From Eledone cirrhosa (taxonomy: Eukaryota): a stretch of 64,000 bases of DNA. The stretch is taken from assembly GCA_964016885.1 (NCBI GenBank), contig OZ024740.1:105090001-105154000 (forward strand), written 5' to 3'. The position numbers and the translations under genes are program-made. This document shows, one piece after another, positions 53,501-64,000 of the stretch; the stretch's first letter is position 1; every line of letters starts with the position of its first letter. The notes beneath the pieces are model-generated. The model was not told where the DNA came from. It made no database searches and saw only the letters and a program-made list of their open reading frames with translations.

Positions 53501-55139
53501 CATCTATGGTTTTAGTAAAGGCATCGAATATTGAAATGTGTGCATATGTGTTCTTATGGATGTGTGGGTGAGTGTGTGTATATATGTGTGTATGTGTTTT
53601 ACTTCTGCTCTTTTTATTTCTACATTATGAACATTCACTCTTCTGTCATGTTTTTTGGTTTTCCTCAAATGTTTTGAAGCTAAATTCTTGCAAACTATAA
53701 ACATGCCAGTTGGTGATGACTTGTTTTGGCTTTTACCAGTTGAAAAGTAGCAAGGAGAATTTAGTGGTTTAAATGTTTCTTCACATGCCATTCATATAAA
53801 GAACTCATCTAAAACCAAAATAGTTTGGAAACAAAACAATGAATTCAAAGAGAGCAGTGACTGTTAAGCAGATCAAACAGCAGTGACTCAAATAAAAGGA
53901 CAGTAATGACTCAACTGATAGAGTAGTGGTTACCCAATCAAGTACTGGATTTGATTCTTCATCTCTTTCTCTATTTCTCTCTGGAAGAAATCGACCATGG
54001 GCAGATGTGGAGAAGGATGTTTAATATGCCCAAGACATGCTGTATATCACAATGGTCTCCTTATGACTTGATCAAGAGTTGAGAGTTCAAGAAAGGGAGG
54101 AAGGAGGATCTTTCTGTTGTGAATGCAACACCTCCTGAATGAGGGCTATCAGCTATGTTATTTCACTCCTAGAAGCCACATGTATACATGATTCCCATAT
54201 CTTTTACCTTTTACATGATCTCTCACCAATTAAAATGCAAAAAAATTCATAACTTTCACTCTCCAACTCTGTAATCTGCCCAGTATGTTTCATACCATTT
54301 CATCTTTCCAAAAGAGACAGATATCTCCTCAATTTCTTAGAAGTTTGTTGCCCTATTCACATTCAATCTAATACTTTCAAACGTTCTTGTTCCAGATGTC
54401 ACAATTGTCCCTTCAACTTAAGCACCACAACCATAACCAGTCTGAAATTTCTGTACATAACCTCTCAAAATTTTACCTGCACCTTTGCCTACCTTTTCCG
54501 TTGCATTATAAGGCAGTGGACTGGCAGAATTGTTAGAACACTGATGTTATTGTTTATGGAATTCATTCCAGCTGTGTGCACTCTGAGTTCAAATCATGCT
54601 AAAGTTTACCTTTCATTCTTTTGAGGTCAATAAATAAAGTATCCATCTATGAATGGGGGTCAATTCTTCCTGTGTACACCCCTTTCTCTTTCATACCTTC
54701 TCTCTTTTTCTGTTCAGTTCTATAAAAGGATGGGCTCCAATGGGTTTAAATACCCAAGATATGCCATATATCATGACAGTACTCCTATGACACCATAAGG
54801 AGTTCTAGGGCCCAGAGATGGATGAGTCTACTACATTACATGCAATTGTTCCAATGCATTATACATGAGTGAAACAAGACAACATTTTGTGAACATCTTC
54901 AGGGCAGAATTGTGGCCCAATATTTCAACTTAGTCACTCCCTTGACTACATTTTAGTGACTAGGGTTTCTGAATACCACATTCCCCTCATTCCTATAAAA
55001 ATAAAGTGACTGATCTATACCTTTCCACAATGGATACTCTCACCCACAGCCATTAATGAACGACCCTCTTTTTTATAAAGAAATTTTATATTAATTATCC
55101 TAATTTTACTTTATATATACATACATATACATATATATA

Positions 55140-55568
55140 ATCATCATCATCGTTTAATGTCTATCGTCCACGCTAGCATGGGTTGGACGGGTTTGTCTCA
55201 CTTGAGGCAAGATTCGTTGGGTGACCGTGTCTCAGCTCATATAGAACTGTTTCTGGCAGGTTTTCTATGGCTGGATGCCCTTCCAAACACATTTGCAGTG
55301 TGGACTGGGTGCTTTTTGTCATGTCACCTACACAACCACTTTACAGTGTAGATTGGATGTTCTGTGGTACCAACATAACTTTACAGAGAAAGGGTGGTGT
55401 GGACGGAAGTGCGACGATGGAGTAGGGTGTGTGGGGTGTATTTTGGGTTAAGAGGTGTCTACTGACTAGGTTTAAGTTCGTATGTAAAGGAAGGTGAGTA
55501 TTCTGTATAACTGCATAGCACCAAAGATCTCGATCCAGTGACATTGTCTTAGAGAGGTGTAAGTGAGG

Positions 55569-55571
<3 letters not shown>
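55140..55571 (-). mobile_element. RTE LINE 3' end fragment
   Basis: Reverse homologue of 18222-18686; (CAT)n tail. Confidence 0.85.
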
Positions 55572-55610
<39 letters not shown>

Positions 55611-55664
55611 CGTTTCTGAATTTGTTTAGCAAGATTCTTTATCTGAAATCGTGTGTTGAAACCG

Positions 55665-56018
55665 ATATTGTTATACTTTGGGAGGGTCATGTTGCCAATA
55701 AGAAACACACGCACCAGTTGCTTTCACTTCAATTTATTATATATTTATAAATTTATAAACAAAATGGCATAGGACAGAAGAAAGGAAAGGCACAGAAACA
55801 AAGAAAGGAATCCCCAGTCACTGAAGAGGTCACAGAGTGTGTGACGAAAGGACTATGACTATATATAAACAACTATCTGGTTGTGGAACCAACCAACCAA
55901 CCAGAAATTTATAAGTTTGTAGATTTGTAAATTTATAAATTTATAAATATATAATAAATTGAAGTGAAAGCAACTGGTGCGTGTGTTTCTTATTGGCAAC
56001 ATGACCCTCCCAAAGTAT

Positions 56019-56026
<8 letters not shown>
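55665..56026. repeat. Fold-back cassette: perfect 95-bp inverted arms around a hammerhead
   Basis: 55665-55759 is the reverse complement of 55932-56026. The cassette lies between (TA)n tracts. Confidence 0.92.
55816..55860 (+). ncRNA. Type I hammerhead ribozyme motif
   Basis: AGTCA-CTGAAGA-G-GTCACA-GAGTG-TGTGAC-GAAA-G-GA-CTA-TGACT. Stem I has 5 bp and the cleavage triplet is CUA. Confidence 0.75.
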
Positions 56027-56090
<64 letters not shown>

Positions 56091-56154
56091 TAAAATAACA
56101 GATTAAAGTTTAAGCAAAGAATCGCTGCTTTCACCCTTAACGGTCGTTCTATTA

Positions 56155-57790
56155 AGGATTCTAACGCCGTGCACGTCCATTCCGACAAAACTGGCAACCT
56201 ATATCAAGTGGAGCGCAGTACTTACCATCAACTACTACATAATGCTGTAACTAAGGATTACCGTAAAACTAATCGGTGCGTCATCAATGAAATCAACGAT
56301 GCTGGGTTTAAAATCACATCTGATCTCAACATCCTGGACCGGACCGAACCTCTGGACCCTATTTCTCCCCACTTTACCCTGAATGATCACAAATCCAATT
56401 TTCCGAACAACCCCTCTATTCGGCTTATTAACCCTACGAAGTCCGATTTAGGTAGACTTAGTAAAACGATTCTTGATAGAATTATACCTGAAATTAGAAG
56501 TTAGGCCCCTTTCGCACTGTGGAACAATTCTTTCGCGGTGATTGATTGGTTCAACGGGATATGTAACAAGGAACATTGCCGTTTTATCCAATTCGACATC
56601 AACAATTACTACTCCTCCATCACTTTACCACTTCTCCTTAGAGCTATCAATTTCGCTAAAACACTCACAGTGGTTAAGGATTTCGAAGTTGATGTCATCC
56701 TTAATGCCCGAAAGTCGGTGATTAATTTCGACGACTCTATTTGGATTAAAAAATCCAATAGTACCCCATTCGACGTGAGTATGGGCGCCAGTGACTCTGC
56801 GGAGGTTACTGATCTTATTGGCCTTTTCCTTCTTTTCTCTATCAAGGACGAATTCCCCAACGCGGGCGGTGGTTTGTACCGTGACGATGGTCTTTTGACC
56901 ATGACTAAGTGCGGACCTCGTGCTTGCGACAGGTTCAGAAAAGAACTCACAGCCTTCTTTAAAGGCTTCAGCCTCTCTATACAGGTTGAGGCCAATCTCT
57001 CGGTCGTTAATTACCTCGACGTTACCCTCAATTTATTGAATGGGTTGTATTACCCGTATAGAAAGCCGAATGATACGCTTAATTACATAAGTAAGCATTC
57101 CAACCATCCTGCCAGCATAACCAAGAACCTGGTAAGAAACGTTTCGTTGAGGCTTTCCCGTCTTTCCACCAACGAGCGCATTTTCAACGACCATTCCACT
57201 TATTACAATGAAGCTCTTGTTCGAAGTGGATTTGTCGATAAGGTAGCATATACAGAGTACGAAAATAGACCTAAAAGAAATAGATCCCGTCGCATTTGTT
57301 GGTTTAACCCACCATATAATATGGAGGTGGCCACACCATTAGCTAAGATCTTTCTTTCCCTTATTACGAAGCATTTTCCCTCTACACATAAATATAGTAA
57401 AATTTTTAATAGAAATACTATTAAAATTTCTTACTCTACGACTCCTAACCTTGCACATAACATCACAGCTTCAAATTTAGCTAAACTACCTAGCCGTAGG
57501 AACACGTGCAACCCTGTAGTTAGTACTAACTGTAATTGTAGGAATCGGGCTGATTGCCCCCTATCCGGGAAATGCCTCTCTAGTAACATTGTCTACAAAT
57601 GTAAGGTTGTAACACCCACGTCCCGTAGGGCCTACATAGGGTTAACCGCCAATAGTTTCAAGCAGCGTCTTTACATGCATACCCATTCTTTTCGTTACCC
57701 GCTAAGAAGGAATATGACGTCACTTTCAGCTTATATCTGGAGTCTAAAAGACAACCACACCCAATATAAGTTACACTGGGAGATCCTGGT
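56155..57790 (+). mobile_element. Penelope-like element, Naiad-type RT-GIY-YIG, one TAG stop, truncated
   Basis: SDKTGNLY, RLINPTKS, FIQFDINNYY, MGASDSAE, GGLYRDDGL, NYLDVTLNL, SNHP, WFNPPY, CNCRNRADCP, NIVYKC, YIGLTANSFKQR. Confidence 0.88.
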
Positions 57791-58173
57791 TCTGATCACT
57801 CCACCACACATTCTGCACAACTGAGCAGAGTCAGTGGAGGTGACCATAAGTGGATCTTGAAACCTAAGGTAGCACTTTACTTGTTCTGTGTATGTATCAT
57901 ATATATATAGTAATAATAATTACAAAGACCAAAATCCGAAGAGAGTTCGATAAGGATTGTCTAGAATATTCCCTAATAGGGTGAAAGCAGAAATTCCTTG
58001 ATTTGTCCCATTTAGAGGCAAGTTGGGTCGGGTGACTGTGTCTCGCTCATATAGGACTGTTTCTGGCTGGATGCCCTTCCTAGTGCCAACCACATTTACA
58101 GTGTGTGCTGGGTGCTTTTTACCATGTCTTTTACACGATTACTTTATATATATGTGTGCGTGTGTGTGTGTAA

Positions 58174-58317
58174 TTATTATATACACAAATAACTTCTACA
58201 GGACTAGAGCTGTTTCATTTGTATGAAATCATCAGGAATGTCCTGATGATTTCATGATAATTTCATATGAATGAAACAGTTCTAGTCCTGTATAAGTCAT
58301 TTCTATATATATAATAA
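58174..58317. repeat. Head-to-head fold-back of two hammerhead-like cores
   Basis: ...GTTTCATTTGTATGAAATCATCAGGA-ATG-TCCTGATGATTTCAT...ATGAAACAGTTCTAGTCCTGTA. CTGATGA and GAAAC occur on both strands. Confidence 0.65.
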
Positions 58318-59347
58318 AGATGTCTATACTCTACAAAGGTATTGAGTACCTTTTTTAACTCTAGTTACATTCCCCTGACACAATTCGGAGAACCTACATA
58401 TTATATATATATATATTTATAAAATTACACTCCCATATTTAGGTGGTCAATGAATACTTTGACATCTATACCTTGGCATATCATTTGTATTTTTTTCCCA
58501 CACTTATACAATTTGAACCTTGTTGCTTGTGTACTTTTATGTCTACCTGCAAACACTTACAATTATTTTTTAAATTACCACTCATGCACACACATACATA
58601 CATAAATACATACTTATACACTAAATGTTGTCTCCATTGATCTTTATGTACACACTCATACAATTATAATCCCCTTTCATGTAGATACGCATACACATGA
58701 AACCAAGCCCTGGCAATATAAAAAGTTAATCTGCTCTTTTCGTTTTTCTTTGTATTATTCATTCTCTACATTCATGTCTTATGGTCATACTTTTCTCCTC
58801 ATCTCCATTTACCTTATCTTTATATATTCTCAGTATAATGGAATGACTATCTTTATATATGTAATAAAGAAATTTATAAAAAATAAAGAAATTTATCTTT
58901 ATATATTCTCAGCACAATAGAATGAGTTGGAGCCTTGATATAAATAGACTCATGTTCAATTGAAATATAACAATACGGTCTGAGTTCAAATCCCGTTGAG
59001 GTTAACTTTGCCTTTCATCCTTACGGGGTCGATAAAATACAGTACCAGTAATGCACTGGGTAATTTGGTGGCTGTGTGCCAAATGTAGAAACAATTATAT
59101 ACACTACAATAGTGTAGTGTGCGCAATAGTGTAGTGTGTACAATATTGTAGTGTGTTCAATATTATACGCACTACAATATTGAACACATTCCAATTACTA
59201 TATTACAATATTGCTACACTAGACTCAGGTCAGATCAAAAAGTATATGGCAACTAGGCCAGTAAGCATGGATCAACAATTTTGAGTGGATTTCTCTTAAT
59301 TTCTACATTTACACACATATATATGTTTGTATGTATATATATATATG

Positions 59348-59423
<76 letters not shown>

Positions 59424-59429
<6 letters not shown>

Positions 59430-61328
59430 TATAATTAAAATAGTTATTGGGTCCGCAGAGATAGACCCCCAGAATTTGACATTACGATGGGTTCTAATGA
59501 TTCGGCGGAAGTTACGGATTTGGTTGGAATCTATATAGCTCACAGACTCCAGAGCGAATTTATTGACCTCCACGGTGGAATCTACCGTGATGATGCACTC
59601 CTATTAGTAAAAAATATGAACAAACAAAACCTAGAAAGGCGAAGTAAAAACATTAGGAAACTTTTCTTAGAACTAGGACTTAGTATTACCTTCGAACACA
59701 ATTTCTTGGATGTCACCTTCAACCTTAATAACGGTAATATAAAGCCATTTCACAAACTTAATGAAAATCTCAAGTACGTTAATGTAAGATCGAACCATCC
59801 CCATTCCATTATTAAATCTATCCCTAAATATATCCATAAGGATCTCCCGACTATCGTCTAATCTGCAGACCTTCAACGAGCATGCTAAGTATTATAACGA
59901 CGCACTTAAAAAAGCTGGTTACTGCGAGAAAATAGAATATCTAGAAGATAACCACATAGGTGCTATGAATAAATCACATCTAAGTCGAACTAGTATTGCA
60001 CCACACAGACACATTAATAGGCATAATAATAGGTGCAAACCAACAAATAGAGTTAGACGTAGAGAGTACAATATCTCTATTAGCACTAAGATTATCTCAC
60101 AATTCTATACACTGATCAATAAACACGTTACAACTTCACATAAATACTATAAAATCTTAAACTCGCGCACCATTAGACTCTCATACTCCACTGTACCTAA
60201 CATAGAACAACTAATTAAAAAACTCAACTCAACAATACTAAATAAGTACATCCCTAATGACACAGCGCACCAGCATAGCGACATACAACGCACTAACACG
60301 CAGCTACAACCCCACCAAACTATCCAGGATACTGCAAAACATAAAAATAACTGTAACTGCACTAAAACAGGTTCGTGCCCATTGAATAACCAATGCCTAG
60401 CACGCAATATTGTCTACCGATGTACAATAAATTCCGGAACCAACAAATGGTATTACGTCGGATGTACCGCAACATCTTTCAAAGCTCGCCTATACCAACA
60501 TCGATCTTCGATCAAGCACGAGAAAATGCGCTCCGTAACAACCCTCGCCGATAAAGCCTGACAGCTTCGGAAGAACAATCAAGCATTCTTCCTTTATTGG
60601 TAAATTATTGCAGTTGCGCCAGTATATAAGCAAAATCACCGATTTTGTAAATTATGCAATATGGAGATATACTGCATTTTAACGTCGGAAAACAAACTTT
60701 TGAACAGCAAAATTGAACGTTCACTTTACTGTAACCATCGTTTGAAAACGACTTTTTCTTTTTTTAAATGCATGTAATGTTATCTCTTTACACCACCATT
60801 TGCAAATTTGTATTTTTATTTCATATTTTTATATGTTTATACACACGGTATGGCTTTTTATAATAATAGCACTAAACACTGTTTTTTAGACCCTTTTAGA
60901 AATATCCTGCTACTATAATAGCCCCAATAACTTGTCTATAATTCTGTACTACATTGACCCATTTAACTAAATTTTGTCCAAACAACACCACTAGAAGAAT
61001 TTACTTCCCCCGCCAACCCTAACACGCCTCATTTAGCTAACTGCTGCCAAAACATTTTCTTCTATACAATCTCTACTACTCTGACAGTCTTGAATCCTAA
61101 GACTACCTCCCCCTTACTCGCTTCCCTTCCTACCTCCTACTTTCTCACATATCTAGTGTATAAAATATTCTCCTATCATTCTACCATAAAGGTCTGACGA
61201 CATGGTGTGTTCTCTTACAGTGTACCTACGATTTATGATAATATTTTTATATTATACAAATAGCGAGGTATAGGTAACCCACACACTATAGAAACAATTG
61301 TTACCTAATATATTCTTTATACCCGCAT
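59424..61328 (+). mobile_element. Second Naiad-type PLE, 5' truncated, decayed, with 3' hammerhead, between (TA)n tracts
   Basis: [61 protein letters not shown], then CKLC. Several stops and frameshifts. Confidence 0.88.
61190..61306 (+). ncRNA. Type I hammerhead with ~90-nt stem II at the Naiad 3' end
   Basis: AGGT-CTGACGA-CATGGTGTGT...TACCTA...TAGGTA...ACACACTATA-GAAA-C-AATT-GTT-ACCT. Confidence 0.75.
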
Positions 61329-61345
61329 TTCCATTTCATAAACTT

Positions 61346-61419
<74 letters not shown>

Positions 61420-61664
61420 GTGTGTATATATATATATATATATGTGTGTGTATATATGATATTATATTAGGTATAAATCGAAGTTGTAGTTGCCATATAG
61501 CAGGTACTAATCAAGTTGTTTGAGGCAATCACAAAACACTCAATAGAGCGATATGTTAATATATTACCATCCAGAGTAAACACACACACACACACCCATA
61601 TATTTAGCTGGTGTGAATGAGAGTTGTTTGTTGCTTGCTTGGATCATTTCTGATATTAAAATAA

Positions 61665-62580
61665 CTTTATTTTTTATTTTATTTATTTATTTATTTTTTT
61701 TAAATCATAAACTGTTGTCATATTTACAAAAATGATACGTGTTGGGCCCACCCACAGCCCCGGCGGACAGAATGGAGAAGGCGTTTCCCTGGAGGATGGT
61801 AAGGGAGACGCATTGGAAAAGCCACTCCAACTCACGGGGCTCACACCTGCGGCTGGCCAGCTCAGCACCTATGGTGGTGAGTAAGGAGGTAGCTCTGGGC
61901 CCGAGGACACCAGAAGTCTCCACTGCCAGGGGTACGACCGCAAACCTGACCTCCTCAGCCTGACGTGCAGCAGAACCTGGGTCAATCGCAGACTGCACCA
62001 GGTTGTGGCTGCAGAAAGTGTCGGTGCAAGTGGCATCCCAGATGAGGGGTTTGCTACCGCGGAACGGGAAGATGGTCATGCCAACTGGCCTTTTGCCGTC
62101 CCCTCGATCCAACCCCACCGGCTCGAGCTGGAAAGGGAAGCCTGCAGCGTCAAAGCCATGCTTAATGATCTCGTTGAGGGCAGCATGGCATGGAATCCGG
62201 CCGGCACTGTGGTGACAGGAAAGTGGGTGGAGGCCGAAAGAGTCCACGGTGGAAACGCAGCGACATTGGTGTGGCTCGCAGATCCGGAGCCCGAGCCTCA
62301 GGGAAACGCCGATGCGTAGGCTATGGTTGTCAAGCTGCATGCCAGTGGAGGAGTGCAGGGCAGTGAGCCAGGCACCACTGTGGGGTTTGGAGGCCGCACG
62401 AAAACAAGGCGGTGCTGGCGCGTGAGCCTGTCTCAGGCCAGGCTGCACTGGATAGCATCCCAAGTGCGTTGGGGGGACTTAACGCCAAGAGGAGGAGGAG
62501 GAGGGACGTCTACTGGGCTAAGTCCCAGCCGGTCCCACATCTCACAGGCGCCCTCACGTTCACTGAACACAGAGGGTTCT
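61665..62580 (-). mobile_element. CRE-clade non-LTR retrotransposon 3' fragment (zinc knuckle plus restriction-like endonuclease)
   Basis: ORF 61705..62463: SGAWLTAL, LRLGL, CRC..D..GLHPLSC, EPVGL.RGDGKRP.G, LIWDATC, VPLAVETSG, LTILQGNA. A-rich (TAAA)n tail. Confidence 0.8.
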
Positions 62581-64000
62581 GTTGTGTTTTGACACAGAAC
62601 AAATGGCTATATCTCACACTCTGTAAAATAATCAATTGTACAGATTGTTCTCTTCTCTACAATGGAGAGAAAGTGCTTGAATGTACGTTAAGTACATGAT
62701 AAATAAGTAGAAGTCTACTGATTTGATATCATCATAACAGTTTCGTTGCATAATGATAGTTCTAGTTATTGAAAAACCTTGGATCAGAGCTGACCTGAAG
62801 CAAGACAATGTTGACAAGTAAAATGTGGTTGAGTAGCAGAGACAGGACAGCATTTGAGTTCAAATCCAACTGAGATTGATAACATATGTAAGGGAGAGAG
62901 ATGGGCTGCAAAAGACTTTTACATTTTATAATTCTTCATATGTAAACATCCAAAGACAATAGAACCGTGTGGAAATGGAAGCACAAATGGAAACATAAGT
63001 TTTGAATCTCCGAACCCGTTTATGAAAGTATTGAAGAAGACAAGAAAACACACTTCGATCTTCCGAGGTGGAAGAGGCTCCTATCAGAAGAAACCATCAC
63101 CGAATCATCATTTTTCTTACCTGTTGTACAAACCTGGCTGGACACAGAACACTGCACAAACATTCTATAGAGTTATGAAATAATACATATGAATAAGCCA
63201 TAGATGACAAACATCATTGAGTAATGTCAGTTTCATGAGGAGATAAAACGCCTCCAACCTTTTGAAGAAAAAAAAATGAGTCTATAAATCCTGGAAAACT
63301 GTAAGTCCAGTATTGAAAAAAAACACAAGGGATTGACACTCCAAATTCACTATTCTTTTACTTTGCTCCACTTTTTAAATTAAATGACACGACGGTTCAG
63401 TTATATTCAAATATTGTAAGAGCGTCCATTGAGAATATCGTTACATTGTTTGCGAAAATGTAAAACAAATATTTATATACCAGACAGAAATGTTAACTTA
63501 TTTCTATATCTTTTATGTAATTGTCTGCTGGTGGATTTGTATTTCGCTCTATATCTTCACCATTAACAAGAGGAAGGCAACGACGACAACAGTGACATTA
63601 ACAACAACAACTCTAACATTAACAAGAGGAAGCCAACCCCAGCATCAGTGACTCAGCCACAAAGTCCTATGACAAACTGGTAAGTTGCTTGCATGTGTGC
63701 GTGCTGAACTCTGGGTCTTTCTGCTGGGAACAACCCCTGTTCCCCCCACCTTTTTTGTACATTCATCCATTCACTCATTCATTTAGTAAAATTCTACCTT
63801 CTTGTGTGTCCCCCTCCATGCAGCCCCTTCTTTTCTCTCTTGTTTTCTGACACCTCTATATCTGATATAGGTGAGCTATGAGGCCCTCTTACCAGCACTT
63901 TCCCTTCCACCCACTCCTGATGCCCCAGTCGCCGACCCATCCCTCCAAGCCGACACCTGCAGCACCACTAACAGATGGAAGAGGGGGCCTGGAACTGTTT

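Noticed and set aside
57925-58005. Possible degenerate hammerhead or pLTR of the first Naiad, sharing an inverted 13-mer (CTGCTTTCACCCT) with ~56125
   Set aside because: The core reads CCGAAGA and stems I and III do not pair convincingly; the similarity is too short to call.
60559-60561. In-frame TGA in the Naiad GIY-YIG region as possible selenocysteine (some Naiads are reported to encode selenoproteins)
   Set aside because: It aligns to Trp in the other copy (SAYIWSLK vs ADKA*QLR), so it is TGG>TGA decay. The copy also has TAA stops and frameshifts, and the stop at 56502 in the other Naiad is TAG.
63590-63830. Possible exon/intron (GTAAGT donor near 63680, pyrimidine-CAG acceptor near 63823)
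   Set aside because: No recognisable protein similarity and it is at the window edge; it could be a TE 5' region.

Overview
Eukaryotic, AT-rich, microsatellite- and TE-dense genomic DNA. The SINE, RTE and (TA)n landscape suggests a cephalopod, probably Octopus (inference). One host gene is supported: a 7-exon class III cap-binding protein gene (eIF4E3, + strand, 8912..39274, 732-nt CDS, 243 aa), assembled by hand with consistent GT-AG sites and phases. The rest is mostly mobile DNA: two Tx1/L1-type LINEs, at least 8 RTE-type LINE pieces (with a PHD-type finger inserted in the RT), two R4/Dong-like and one CRE-like RLE retrotransposons, three Penelope-like elements (one Neptune-type with pLTRs, two Naiad-type), a decayed full-length mariner, mariner/pogo and piggyBac-like MITEs, two non-autonomous Helitrons and many tRNA-derived SINEs. 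The least expected signal is about a dozen hammerhead ribozyme (CUGANGA...GAAA...NUH) motifs from several unrelated families. Some have long or branched stem II insertions, and many sit in small non-coding fold-back cassettes next to (TA)n tracts. All structures were paired by eye; no folding or database searches were run.
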